A stretch of 64,000 bases of DNA, from IMG/VR virus record IMGVR_UViG_3300031867_000001, positions 186,504-250,503 of that record. One strand, written 5' to 3'. The notes below the pieces were generated by a model, which worked only from the letters and a program-made list of their open reading frames with translations, did not search any database and was not told the origin of the DNA. The translations under genes were made by a program, and so were the position numbers. Numbering within the stretch: the first letter of the stretch is position 1; the number at the start of each line of letters is the position of its first letter. Origin of the DNA: a virus (taxonomy: Duplodnaviria > Caudoviricetes). Shown one piece after another: positions 9,601 through 18,972 of the stretch.

Positions 9601-10331
9601 CTGAGCAGAATAGACCTGTTGGTCCTGGCTCTGGTCTGTCTCTCCATCTTGATGCAGGTGTTACAGATGCAGCTACTGCAATTGCTGTTAACAACTCCTT
9701 CAAGCAGAGATTCGACAATCCGAATGCTTCTTGGGATATCGGTGGTTATGTATCTGCAGAGAATGGCGTATCCTATACGTACCTGATGCAGATCGTACGC
9801 AACTGCTTCAATCACTTCCGTGCATATTCCGTCAACAAGCCGTTTGTTGGTGACTACTCTGCTATTGACAGAACACAGTACCTGTCGTTCTTCCCGGATC
9901 TGGACGCAACGGATTGGGAGATGAGAGAGCTCTACTACAATAGCGGTGGTAATGCATGGATCCAGGACGCTCAGGGTAACTTGACGAGACGTTCTCAGAG
10001 ATCTCTCTATCGTGAAGAGACCGGTACATCTGATCTGTATCAGGAGTCCAATATGAGAACCCTGTCTCAGTTCTGTTATCTCATCCAGTCTGAGATCGAT
10101 CATTATCTGCTTGAGTATAATGACGATGGTGTTATCAAGACCATGCAGGAGACTGTAAACAACAAGTTCGCTGGTTGGGCAGGTAACCTGGTTCAGTCTT
10201 ATGACATTTCGTTTGCTCGTGATTACAACACCGATGGTGGCGACATCCTGGTTTGCAATGTAAATGTTGTATTCCGTGGTCTCATCCTCCGTGTTCCGAT
10301 CATTGTAAACGTCAATAGACGTACTTCTTAA
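6687..10331 (+). CDS. Contractile tail sheath protein (large, with insertion domains)
   Basis: 1214 aa. Sheath-like N-terminus and C-terminal domain (LFDAGF, SQRSL, ESNMRTL, CNVNVVFRG), strongly biased codons, directly upstream of a tube-like gene. Confidence 0.8.
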   Translation: MIDPKYSLKYHFPHSVVHIVDNSMYTGETVVQQVPDPSLFSTIVVTGLPMGEDNKFISVSRSDVLNTGFGINTLTTSDINKYSQAVEYPMALLQQNVPVKLMRITPDDATYGLAIIMVQWKKTDKIRNNKFEVRFRVLPESVINTDFADLSEYKNVSRLNKAIITKFNNRTEDDSMYEFSLLESQPADWSTNYKKYYVYNAETQKYENITGDKAPEFAANTYYTKELVWNQRVFMTVISAGRGSAYNRMKFFINKAPQSRRQTAVAYNFGTIDTLNGLVVENFVAALINNSNSVLTTDVINYTATKIDTVNIAVAKRLEGSSVLVPTVNEQAVQEVFNEYMAYFKSKKEVNDTEYANYGQAYDEIYRTLNSSKFDMLYGMFNYKEATFKLPYYQVDMYDTELPKLPVNQLIQTREANAPTGDTNPDYTKDGPVYNTIQGYGATVYDDAATNTKTIVGNVDVAAPNLVFDSYIKQAISQTFNDNNAPAPGDLYLSGVNNKNPFLTLVTGINLKSGAVSTMTFTKVYQLDRNGAIDKTVPSKLISRAYSNVSPLLVSGSSTASGDFVKKLNAIGTYGLNTDDVIAVSGIYGEQGSANGGTADEYTQFHLYKVTMNTDGVGIKNLTQYPANLYSVIDYNSNYLYEKGVDAQICRKSKYNESTRPASYSRLGSLWINDVSTTVSHGGNGKTAGTASFDGHTGEGLGTAPCYLAYFDKSGEPVFYTVSAYATYVSATGAGEYSGHTTFFRAFTSVPTGIAVNVNTDIIGEQFDVMVYDRPGTNDNGSGPIGPVNIGNDPAEYIFRCNVQSAVNNTYRVTYAAGIDVPANYYLNDYGDIVYSTISTSSSEGGIPIVCGSTGFFDDNTISELEFKWKYSALLVRAFRGEIDPRILSPIRVPAFYLFDAGFNTVCGMNVLPYTVPNVEDVIYASTIFTEEEKEAVMYDKSTIASIKSYEDIDVKQAMYDLMIERVYQRIPEQNRPVGPGSGLSLHLDAGVTDAATAIAVNNSFKQRFDNPNASWDIGGYVSAENGVSYTYLMQIVRNCFNHFRAYSVNKPFVGDYSAIDRTQYLSFFPDLDATDWEMRELYYNSGGNAWIQDAQGNLTRRSQRSLYREETGTSDLYQESNMRTLSQFCYLIQSEIDHYLLEYNDDGVIKTMQETVNNKFAGWAGNLVQSYDISFARDYNTDGGDILVCNVNVVFRGLILRVPIIVNVNRRTS

Positions 10332-10357
10332 TTCTATAGAAAGGAGAGCGTACAGTT

Positions 10358-11527
10358 ATGTCTGTTATTAGTTTCCAATCAGGTATTCGCGAATATAATG
10401 GCGACCTTACACAGTATACTGGTATGCTCGGTGGCTTGACTCCGGATGTCCACACACTCCGGAGTTTAAACCCCGAAACTACCAACCGTGTAATCTGTGT
10501 AATGACGCGTGGACCATACTTCTTGATGCATTACTTTGGTGGAGATGGTGCTAATGCATATTCTTCAACCAGCCCGTTCATGCAGTACAAGAAAGTCATT
10601 GAGTATTACAACATGGGAATTACTCCAAACTTTAATACTCAGGATCTTGGTACCACTCAGCTTCAGGGCGGTTTTGCAGGTAGAACCATTCCGATTCCTA
10701 CCACGCAGAATGCACAGCAGGGTCAGACTTTACAGATCACGGTTCCTGAACTTGTCGGTCGTATCATGGCTAACGTTCATAATATGTGGGTTGATGGTAT
10801 TGCCGACAGCATTACCGGTTTGACCACATATCATGGTTTGGTAGCAGGTTCTGAAAGTTCTGAAGATCACACACCTCAGAGAGTCTTCAGTAATGTAAAT
10901 GGAACTGGTTCCACTGAAGCACTTGATCCTGGTCCCGCATGGGAAGTTGCTGAATTCATGTTGATTGCACTTGACAGAAGTGGTGCAAGAGTTGAAGGTG
11001 CTGTTATGGCACTGGGTTGTTTCCCGACTGGTAAGGTTGGTAATGACACAATCTTCACTCACAACAGAAACGGTCAGTCCCAGGTTCAGGAGTTGCAGCT
11101 GACATACAACTGCCAGTTTGTTCAGTCTGCATATATCAACGACTTGGCTTCCAGATATGTTCGTCAGTTTGCAATCTTCGGCAATAGCCTGAACTTCAAT
11201 CCTGGTGCAGGCGATGCATTCTTCACCGACAGAAACAACAGCAATTCCGAGATCAACACGCCTATGTTCAACAATGGTGTACGTCCGACATTGGATGCTG
11301 TTCAGTCTGGTGTTGGCAATGCTCCTGTATTCAAGGCAAAGGGCGATTACGTATCTCGTCCTGGCGCAAAGGAACATGTCATTACTCCTGCAGATCATTC
11401 TCAGATCTATGGCAACAATGGTACGAGTGGTCAGCTTGATCCGAATCCGACACCAATTGACAATCCATACAGCCTGGTATCTCCTGGCGCACTTCGTCAG
11501 AATGCCGCAACTGGTGCGGGTGTTTAA
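10358..11527 (+). CDS. Tail tube protein
   Basis: Follows the sheath gene. Tube-like pattern (LQITVPEL...MWVDGIAD...GCFPT...ELQLTYNC), SD AAGGAG. Confidence 0.7.
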   Translation: MSVISFQSGIREYNGDLTQYTGMLGGLTPDVHTLRSLNPETTNRVICVMTRGPYFLMHYFGGDGANAYSSTSPFMQYKKVIEYYNMGITPNFNTQDLGTTQLQGGFAGRTIPIPTTQNAQQGQTLQITVPELVGRIMANVHNMWVDGIADSITGLTTYHGLVAGSESSEDHTPQRVFSNVNGTGSTEALDPGPAWEVAEFMLIALDRSGARVEGAVMALGCFPTGKVGNDTIFTHNRNGQSQVQELQLTYNCQFVQSAYINDLASRYVRQFAIFGNSLNFNPGAGDAFFTDRNNSNSEINTPMFNNGVRPTLDAVQSGVGNAPVFKAKGDYVSRPGAKEHVITPADHSQIYGNNGTSGQLDPNPTPIDNPYSLVSPGALRQNAATGAGV

Positions 11528-11549
11528 TCAAAAAAAAATAAGTGGTATG

Positions 11550-11573
11550 TGGTGGGGACGTACGTCCCCACCA
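11550..11573. terminator. Bidirectional terminator-like hairpin
   Basis: Perfect palindrome TGGTGGGGACGTACGTCCCCACCA between convergent genes. Confidence 0.7.
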
Positions 11574-11582
11574 ATCCATTTA

Positions 11583-11975
11583 TTACGTTACGATGAATAA
11601 TTCCAAAATGTCAAATCGTTCATAATACATTCGTAATGCAAAGTATCGAATGTCTCTGAACGTGAAGAATGACGTGCCAATCTGATTTAATTTCTTATCA
11701 GACTTTGTAACCATCTTCTTGGCAACAATCATACCATTCTCAATACGAGTTGGTTCTTTTGCTTTACCGATGATGGTTCTGTCGTAATACTTGTATTCTG
11801 CGTGTAAAGCAGCTTGAATTAATTCGTCATCATGAATCGTATCCAAATTATCCAAATCATATCCATCATCTTGCAATTCTTTATATAAGGAATCATCATG
11901 AATGATGAATCGATATTTGTAATTCTTTGGTTTATGTGATTCAATTAATTCTGCACCGATCAATGTTTTTGCCAT
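11583..11975 (-). CDS. Hypothetical protein (MAKTLIGAEL...)
   Basis: GAGG SD before ATG 11975. The ORF-track start at 12107 overlaps the upstream gene. Confidence 0.65.
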   Translation of the reverse strand: MAKTLIGAELIESHKPKNYKYRFIIHDDSLYKELQDDGYDLDNLDTIHDDELIQAALHAEYKYYDRTIIGKAKEPTRIENGMIVAKKMVTKSDKKLNQIGTSFFTFRDIRYFALRMYYERFDILELFIVT

Positions 11976-11985
11976 CTCATTAACC

Positions 11986-12618
11986 TCACTTAATAATATT
12001 CTTGACAAAGTATCTGATATATGCTTCCAAAGTAATTGGTATGATTTCACCTGGAATGATTTTGAACATGAATCGATTGTACAAATCATCAATCGATGAA
12101 TTATCATACATCATATCTTCATGAGAATCAAATTCTTCCATTGTTGCTTTCTTCACTGTGAAGTATGATGTGTCGATCGCTGGTGATCCTTCTAACATGT
12201 CAAAATCAAATGGGAAGACATATGGTAAGTCATCTAATGTATCTCGAATCAGTTTTATGAATGGAATGTTGTCATTCAATATACATTCACCAAATACAAG
12301 ATAATTGGATAATGATATGACAATTGATTCCACAGCACATGTTACAAATGATTGTGTTGTTGCAACATTAATTGTTTTATTTAATACATTACTTTTCATT
12401 TGATAAGATTCCAATGTATGTAACATCAAATCATCTTCATCATAATTGTCTGGCAATGTCTCAATAACAGAATTGTGTTCATCAAAGTTATGTTGTTTCA
12501 TAAATCTATACATCATATCAATATCCATTGAATACACACGATGACATTGCAGTGTCATGTCTTGGTTGACACAACCCGGTGGTGTGTTTGTGTATGGCGA
12601 GAATCGAATACGATACAT
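11986..12618 (-). CDS. Hypothetical protein
   Basis: 210-aa ORF, GGAGGTG SD. Confidence 0.7.
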   Translation of the reverse strand: MYRIRFSPYTNTPPGCVNQDMTLQCHRVYSMDIDMMYRFMKQHNFDEHNSVIETLPDNYDEDDLMLHTLESYQMKSNVLNKTINVATTQSFVTCAVESIVISLSNYLVFGECILNDNIPFIKLIRDTLDDLPYVFPFDFDMLEGSPAIDTSYFTVKKATMEEFDSHEDMMYDNSSIDDLYNRFMFKIIPGEIIPITLEAYIRYFVKNIIK

Positions 12619-12624
12619 AATGTA

Positions 12625-13326
12625 TCACCTCCAATGTTTTGTTTCTTCAATTACAACATTTGCCAAATATGCAAGTAATTGCATATTGTATGCTTTATAG
12701 TCAGCACCAATTCGTCCAAACGGGACATAGAATTGTTGTGGCAATTTGTCTTGAAGATATTTTGTTTGAAACTTACGTAAGTATGTGAATATCTCATCAT
12801 CGTAATCTTCAATCATTTTGAATATCTTCTTTAAATGTAAATTCATACCAAGTGTTTGTTCCATTAACATATCCTTGTTGATGTTTTGATATTTGATATA
12901 ATCATTTGCATAATACATGTCAATGTTTTTATATCGAATGAATGAAGACCATTCACCTTTCTTGGAAAATTCAACACCTTCAATATTCGTAATGACTTTA
13001 CGTTTTGTTCTCATAAATATTGCATCTGAATGTAAAGATATAATATCATCTTCCGATAATTCATTTGTTGTAATAAATTTTTGTCTTATATTTCGAATAC
13101 CTGATAATAGGCTTTCTGAGAAAGCTTTATCTTCCTTTTGTATCAGTCCAATCCGGACGACTCTATCTTCTTTTTTCATTAGATTCAATTGTGTGATCAA
13201 GTCATTATCCAACAATTGAAATCTTTTTGATATGGATAATGACGCCGAGACCATATCATATTCACAAATATGCTCATGGAACATATACTGAATATTCGAG
13301 TTGGTCCAAACTTGTTTATCATGCAT
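12625..13326 (-). CDS. Small family-B DNA polymerase palm-like protein
   Basis: EYDMVSASLS (motif A-like) and SLHSDAIF (motif C-like) in 233 aa; GGAGG SD. Confidence 0.5.
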   Translation of the reverse strand: MHDKQVWTNSNIQYMFHEHICEYDMVSASLSISKRFQLLDNDLITQLNLMKKEDRVVRIGLIQKEDKAFSESLLSGIRNIRQKFITTNELSEDDIISLHSDAIFMRTKRKVITNIEGVEFSKKGEWSSFIRYKNIDMYYANDYIKYQNINKDMLMEQTLGMNLHLKKIFKMIEDYDDEIFTYLRKFQTKYLQDKLPQQFYVPFGRIGADYKAYNMQLLAYLANVVIEETKHWR

Positions 13327-13415
13327 AATGATAAAACCTCCATTCGTGTATTGATAATTCTATTTAAGAATATAATTATCAATCAAAAAATTATTGTATA
13401 GGAGCGTGAATGTAA

Positions 13416-15332
13416 ATGGCTGAAAATAACAATAATGAATTTCATGACTCATTGGACGATGTTATTGCTCGTGCAACTGAAAAGTTCAAGCTGACAAATG
13501 AAGATGTTCCAGAAGACACTTCTTCACAGATCATCAACCATGAAGAGTATGAAACACAAAACGAAGAATCATTCGATGAAGAACCAAACAGTTCTATCAT
13601 TCCAAAATCCATTCTGAATCATATTCCAAATGATACATTGGACGATGTTGACATTGAAGATGATACACTGGGTGATGCTGCTGATGATTTTGACGATGAT
13701 CCGTATGGCGTGAATGATGCCAATAGAGAAATCGAAGAGGAAGATCGTATTCGTGAAGAAGAGAGATTACAGAAGATTGAAGAGGCTCGTATTGCAAAAG
13801 AAGCACTTGAAAATTCCAAGAAGACATTACCCCCCAGATCTCTGGATATGGAATTCCAAAACAAAGCAATGAAATTCCAGGAAGATAAGTTAGCGATTGT
13901 CACAGGAATGGTTGAACGTGTAAAAGCCAAGTATCATTTGGTCGGTGGTATCAAACCAGAACGTCAGAGACATGTCATGGGTGATCTCATTGAGTATTAT
14001 GAGAACTATGGTGAAGAGATCACTGACACATTTGAAAACATCATCTTGAACAACTGGCAACATGTCGATGAAAATGGTCAAGCTTATGGCAATACCGAGA
14101 ATGTTGCAAATGAAAATACCGATGATATTCCATCCAATGATATTCCATCCAATGATAATGGCAATGTAAATGTCAACATTGATGTTGCACCAAACCAGCC
14201 GGTTACTGTAAACATTGATGATGATGTTGTGAAATCCATCAACAAGAAAAGAGTCGTCAATATCAATGTTCGTGAAATGACGAATGCTGATATGGATAAG
14301 ATTGTTGTCATTGAGAATTCTCCAAAGGAAGGAATCATTCGTTCTTTTGAAACTGGTATTGGATATACACCTATTACACTTCCATTGTCCGGTTACAGAT
14401 GTATGATTAAACCGTTGAACTTCTTTGATATGATTTCAATGACTGCTCCCAATAATAATTCCATTGTGGATTATCAGCTGAAGCGTTGGAGAACAATCTA
14501 TGATCATTTAAAGAATCCTTCTATTGGAGAATTCGAGAGCTTTGAAGACTTCTTGAAGAAGACCAAGTACAATGATCTTCCGTTGCTTGAATGGGGATTG
14601 TTAACCGCAACATCTGATGATGAAGAGAGTTTGACATTGGAATGTGGTAATCCGAAGTGTAAGCAAGAGTTCGTACATATGTACACACCACGTACGTTGA
14701 TTCATCCGAATCCAGATAAGCTTCCGCCGGAGTTTGATGAGATTTCCAGAACCAGTGGTCAACGTGCAATTGATATCTTTACAGCGTTCAATACCAAGAG
14801 AGTTCGTTATAAGTTGCCGATTTCTGGAATCATCATTGAAATCAATGAACCTTCTGCATATTATCATCTCTATACGACACTTCCGTTGATTGTGGATCGT
14901 TATCGTGCAAAGTTCCCGGACGATCCGACAATGGAACATTTCCAGAATATTCAGCAATACATGCAGCGTGATCCGCGTATCATGGAATTTGCAATTACTT
15001 CTTCTATGATTACACGAATCTCTGCAATTGTAGTTCCACCCCCAGAGGAAGAGAACTACAATGAACCTCATGAATATCGTTTCACAAATTGGGACGATAT
15101 TGAAGAACAGCTTGGAATGATTCCTATGGATGATACATTGGCAATCTTTAAGATTGTATCCGAAGCAGATGATCATCAGCCAATGGAGTTTTATGTATCT
15201 GGAATTCAGTGTCCTCACTGTGGACGTAAGGAGCCAAGAGGTCTGCCTGTAACTAACCTTGTGGAGAACTTGATTTTCCGAGTATCTCGAAGGCTTCAGA
15301 ATACAGAAATCAACTTGACCAAATTGGATTAA
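13416..15332 (+). CDS. Baseplate-hub/tail assembly chaperone-like protein (T4 gp26/gp51-like C-terminal half) with acidic N-terminus
   Basis: ITLPLSGYRCMIKPL and YKLPISG repeats, ECGNPKC and CPHCG Zn pairs; D/E-rich first ~250 aa. Confidence 0.5.
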   Translation: MAENNNNEFHDSLDDVIARATEKFKLTNEDVPEDTSSQIINHEEYETQNEESFDEEPNSSIIPKSILNHIPNDTLDDVDIEDDTLGDAADDFDDDPYGVNDANREIEEEDRIREEERLQKIEEARIAKEALENSKKTLPPRSLDMEFQNKAMKFQEDKLAIVTGMVERVKAKYHLVGGIKPERQRHVMGDLIEYYENYGEEITDTFENIILNNWQHVDENGQAYGNTENVANENTDDIPSNDIPSNDNGNVNVNIDVAPNQPVTVNIDDDVVKSINKKRVVNINVREMTNADMDKIVVIENSPKEGIIRSFETGIGYTPITLPLSGYRCMIKPLNFFDMISMTAPNNNSIVDYQLKRWRTIYDHLKNPSIGEFESFEDFLKKTKYNDLPLLEWGLLTATSDDEESLTLECGNPKCKQEFVHMYTPRTLIHPNPDKLPPEFDEISRTSGQRAIDIFTAFNTKRVRYKLPISGIIIEINEPSAYYHLYTTLPLIVDRYRAKFPDDPTMEHFQNIQQYMQRDPRIMEFAITSSMITRISAIVVPPPEEENYNEPHEYRFTNWDDIEEQLGMIPMDDTLAIFKIVSEADDHQPMEFYVSGIQCPHCGRKEPRGLPVTNLVENLIFRVSRRLQNTEINLTKLD

Positions 15333-15352
15333 ATCTGTTAGAAGACGCAGAA

Positions 15353-15538
15353 ATGTTTAAGCATCTGATTCCATTGGATATGCTTGAATCGTTACCGCTT
15401 CCTTTGCTGCGTCGTCTTCGAGAAATTCAACGGAAGCGCATGGAATATAGAGAAAATCAAATGAGGAGTGCCAAAGTAAATGGCACTCCCCAAGTAAATC
15501 CATCAGCATTAAGCGAATTACTCATGAATGAATTATAA
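15353..15538 (+). CDS. Short ORF, probably the -1 frameshift extension of the upstream chaperone
   Basis: No clear SD. Its frame is open from 15257 and overlaps the last 25 codons of the upstream gene in the -1 frame. Confidence 0.5.
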   Translation: MFKHLIPLDMLESLPLPLLRRLREIQRKRMEYRENQMRSAKVNGTPQVNPSALSELLMNEL

Positions 15539-15568
15539 CCATAATCCATCAAAAGGAGAGTGATTCGC

Positions 15569-15736
15569 GTGGAACAATCAGCACCACAAAATGAATTAAA
15601 ATTGAATGATATCGTCAGTATGTATTTTTCTCAGTATGGTATAAACTTTACTGTTGATCATTTTATTGAAATCCGACAATCATATTATGATAATAAGAAT
15701 ACAGCATCTGATAACGATGAGACTTCTTCCCAATAA
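15569..15736 (+). CDS. Small hypothetical protein (55 aa, VEQSAPQNELKL...)
   Basis: AAGGAGAG SD, GTG start, TAA at 15734-15736. Below the ORF-track cutoff. Confidence 0.5.
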   Translation: MEQSAPQNELKLNDIVSMYFSQYGINFTVDHFIEIRQSYYDNKNTASDNDETSSQ

Positions 15737-15749
15737 GAGGTGATTTAAA

Positions 15750-16580
15750 ATGATAATGATTCCGAATTCAACACTGAATGAATTCAAAGAATGTTTTGAT
15801 AAATACAGATTGTGTGTGAATACAATGAACATTTACTTCAATACAATCCGTATGATCAATAAGCATCATTGTTATTTGGACAATGATACCTTCATGAAGT
15901 ATTATTGGAACTTCACAAAGGATATTGAAATCGAGAGTATTCCGTATGAATGTTTCATTCCCGATCATGGTCAGTTTGAACAAAATGAACATGTCAAGAG
16001 AATCTTCATCATCAACAGAGATGCGAAAGAATACGTACGTATTCAAAAGAGAGTAACAATGGAAGACTTGTTCAAGACAATTCCTTCTACAGAAGATATT
16101 GTTGCTTTATTGAAGGATAAGCCGGATAAGTTTGTTGATGTTGTTGATGACATCTTCATCTACTGGAGCGTCCATAAGTATCTTGACTCAATTGACATGT
16201 TGCGGATTCAATCCATTTCCGTAATGACTCCAGTCATTGAGTATGTTGTTAACAATATTACATACGACATGTGGAAAGATTATTTATCCACCAAAAAGAT
16301 CAATCCAGAGAAATGTGATAAGTATTTGACGGATAATTTGTTTGGACCTGATTATGATTACACAAACAAATATTATCTCGAAGATCATATCGGTTTTGCT
16401 CCATTTAATGTGGAAGAATTGATATGTAAATTATGTACCAATATAATTGTAAAAACTGATATCTATATGATTATCGCGGTATATCTGATACTAACGTTTG
16501 CAAAGGTGGATATCAATGATGAGAAATACGATGAATCTCCATGTGCAACATATGTAAAGGATGTATTGAGTAAATTATAA
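15750..16580 (+). CDS. Hypothetical protein
   Basis: 276-aa ORF, GAGGTG SD, co-oriented directly upstream of the RNAP beta gene. Confidence 0.75.
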   Translation: MIMIPNSTLNEFKECFDKYRLCVNTMNIYFNTIRMINKHHCYLDNDTFMKYYWNFTKDIEIESIPYECFIPDHGQFEQNEHVKRIFIINRDAKEYVRIQKRVTMEDLFKTIPSTEDIVALLKDKPDKFVDVVDDIFIYWSVHKYLDSIDMLRIQSISVMTPVIEYVVNNITYDMWKDYLSTKKINPEKCDKYLTDNLFGPDYDYTNKYYLEDHIGFAPFNVEELICKLCTNIIVKTDIYMIIAVYLILTFAKVDINDEKYDESPCATYVKDVLSKL

Positions 16581-16605
16581 TGATTTGGTTTAGGAGGTAT
16601 GAACG

Positions 16606-18894
16606 ATGGGAAGAAAGAAACAGACCACGTCACCAGAAGAGCAAGCTGTTACAACAACACCAAAGAAACGTCATAAGAAATATGTCATGAATTCAATTGA
16701 TGACATCAATGAACGTTGTGCTGCTGCAACATCATTGTCTTTGGTTGGTGCGTCAGCGATGACATTTCCTGACAAGATTTCAACAGTTCGTTCCAATATG
16801 GCTGTTAAACACACTTCGCAGTATGTCGTTTTGAGTAATCCGGAATTTCCCCGTGTGTATACCGGAGCAGAAAATGTATTCGGTGAACGTTCTTCTTGGA
16901 ATATGAAAAATGAACATTCTTGCAAACTTGTCAAGAAATTTGTTAAGTTTAAAAATGCACCGATTTCTCCAGTCGTATATGTGTTTCTTGATCTTGAGAC
17001 AAACAAGTATCTGTGTAAACAAGTGAATGTTGCAGAGAACTTGATCGAGAGATATGGATTCAGAATGTATGATCGAATCAAAGGGAAATATAATGAAGGA
17101 GATATTCTCCCATCAAACACACCAGTTGCACAATCGTCTTCATATGTGAATGGAAATTACTGTTCTGGCAGAAACATCAGAATGCTTTATACAGTATTAC
17201 CAGAGCTTACTGAGGATGCCGTTATCATTTCCGAATCTGCTGCAAAAGAATTGGAATATGATATGGTCGATATTGTCACAGTGAATTTGAAACGAGATGC
17301 ATATTTGCTGAATAAATATGGTGATGCAAATTTGTATAAACCATTTCCCAATATCGGTGAATATGTTCATAATGACGTGATTTGTTCCATTCGTGAAAAT
17401 TCGTTCATGTCTTCTTATGCAGAAGCACGTAGAAGTCATGTCAATGATAGAAACTACTATTCTCGTGGTCAAATTGTTGACATCGATATCTTTACAAATG
17501 TTGACTTAGAGAATGAAGAGTTGAATGGATACTTGACGGAAATACAAGAATGGTATCAAGAGATATACACGTACTTGTCAACCATTGTTGAAGATCCATA
17601 TCAAGATGATGTATCATTGATTGATATCTATCATCGTGCAGAAAAGTATCTATCCAAATCATCATGGGTTACAAAGGAATACATTGTTGATACAATCATT
17701 CAGTTCAAGGTATTGAAACATGTACCAATTCATGTTGGACAGAAGATTGTTGGACGTTGTGGAAACAAATCTGTTGTTACTGGAATTATACCAGATCGAA
17801 TCATGCCGCATACGGATGATGGTAGACCCGTACAGATGGTATGTAATGGATTGGCAGTACCAAACCGAATCATCGGTTTCCCAACATATGAAACAACAAT
17901 GACATTCATGGAAGAACGGATGCATCAGCATTTCTTGAAAATGGAACAAGAAGGACATTCGCAAGATGATATTGTTGCATTAGCCGTTGAGTTTCTGTCA
18001 ACCTTTGAACCACAAGAAGGTTCAGAACTTGCGAAGTTATATCGCGTCAGACCCAATGAAGTATACAATGACATTATGAAAAATGGCTTGTTCATTCAGA
18101 TCATGCCTTTGAATGATAAGTGTGTTCGTGATGCATTGGTTGAATGTTACAACAAATGGGGAAAGACCATCTTCAAGAAATACAAAGTTCGTACAAAGCT
18201 CCGTCACAGATGGATTGAGATTGAAGGTGAGTATGCAATCGGTTATCAGTACACATGGGTATTGAAGCAAGAACCTTCCAAAGCAATGTCGGTTGTTTCG
18301 ACATGTAAAACGACATGGTATGATCAACCGGTTAAATCACATTTGTATGGTAAGAATCTGCGCCATTATTCGGATAACCCAATCAAGTATGGTGAATATG
18401 ATTCTTACAACTTCTTAGCGGCAGTTGGTCCGAGAGAGTTCTATCTGTTAACAACACTCTTCCGTGGTTCTCAGTATACAATGAATTCTATCTTGATGAG
18501 TCATTTGAACAATACACCGATTGACACAACCAAGGCGAACCAGTTCCCACAACTTGATAATTTCAGAAATGTATTGAAATTTATTGGGTATAGATTAACA
18601 CCTGAAATCTTTAATTACAATTCAGCTGGTGGATTCGACAAACTTTATACTGTCATGATGGGAAATAACAAGATCAGAATCTCTATTCCTGATCTGAGAC
18701 ATGTCCTGATTCTGAATTCGTATTATATGCAATATCAGAATTACAAGAATGAAACAGTAGAGTTTGACGATTTCTTTAAACAGATAGATGGTACAAACTT
18801 ATTCGACAATTACCCAGATGGATATTCAACACATTGTAAGAAATTATTCTTGGAATTGTTGCCAATCATTCAGCAGATGAAGCAATATCGTTAA
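16606..18894 (+). CDS. rpoB: Phage RNA polymerase beta subunit, C-terminal half
   Basis: RSNM...Q, GRNI, TEDAVIIS, GQKIVGRCGNKSVV (GDK..GRHGNKG with both catalytic Lys), PHTDDGRP, NGLAVPNR, KYGEYD. Confidence 0.9.
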   Translation: MGRKKQTTSPEEQAVTTTPKKRHKKYVMNSIDDINERCAAATSLSLVGASAMTFPDKISTVRSNMAVKHTSQYVVLSNPEFPRVYTGAENVFGERSSWNMKNEHSCKLVKKFVKFKNAPISPVVYVFLDLETNKYLCKQVNVAENLIERYGFRMYDRIKGKYNEGDILPSNTPVAQSSSYVNGNYCSGRNIRMLYTVLPELTEDAVIISESAAKELEYDMVDIVTVNLKRDAYLLNKYGDANLYKPFPNIGEYVHNDVICSIRENSFMSSYAEARRSHVNDRNYYSRGQIVDIDIFTNVDLENEELNGYLTEIQEWYQEIYTYLSTIVEDPYQDDVSLIDIYHRAEKYLSKSSWVTKEYIVDTIIQFKVLKHVPIHVGQKIVGRCGNKSVVTGIIPDRIMPHTDDGRPVQMVCNGLAVPNRIIGFPTYETTMTFMEERMHQHFLKMEQEGHSQDDIVALAVEFLSTFEPQEGSELAKLYRVRPNEVYNDIMKNGLFIQIMPLNDKCVRDALVECYNKWGKTIFKKYKVRTKLRHRWIEIEGEYAIGYQYTWVLKQEPSKAMSVVSTCKTTWYDQPVKSHLYGKNLRHYSDNPIKYGEYDSYNFLAAVGPREFYLLTTLFRGSQYTMNSILMSHLNNTPIDTTKANQFPQLDNFRNVLKFIGYRLTPEIFNYNSAGGFDKLYTVMMGNNKIRISIPDLRHVLILNSYYMQYQNYKNETVEFDDFFKQIDGTNLFDNYPDGYSTHCKKLFLELLPIIQQMKQYR

Positions 18895-18911
18895 TGATAA
18901 AAAAATATTTG

Positions 18912-18934
18912 ATGCCGGGGTCAATCCCCGGCAT
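18912..18934. terminator. Terminator-like hairpin
   Basis: ATGCCGGGG-TCAAT-CCCCGGCAT after the rpoB stop. Confidence 0.6.
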
Positions 18935-18972
18935 TAACATATCAAATAATTTTAATATTTTTTATCAAGGAG

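Noticed and set aside
14121-14155. Short tandem repeat GATATTCCATCCAAT x2 (DIPSN)
   Set aside because: In-frame micro-duplication in a disordered linker; no sign of function.
13416-15332. Possible chimallin (size ~630 aa, near an RNAP gene)
   Set aside because: Acidic N-terminus and paired Cys motifs fit a gp26/gp51-like assembly chaperone; no chimallin-like features recognised. Absence genome-wide cannot be judged from this window.
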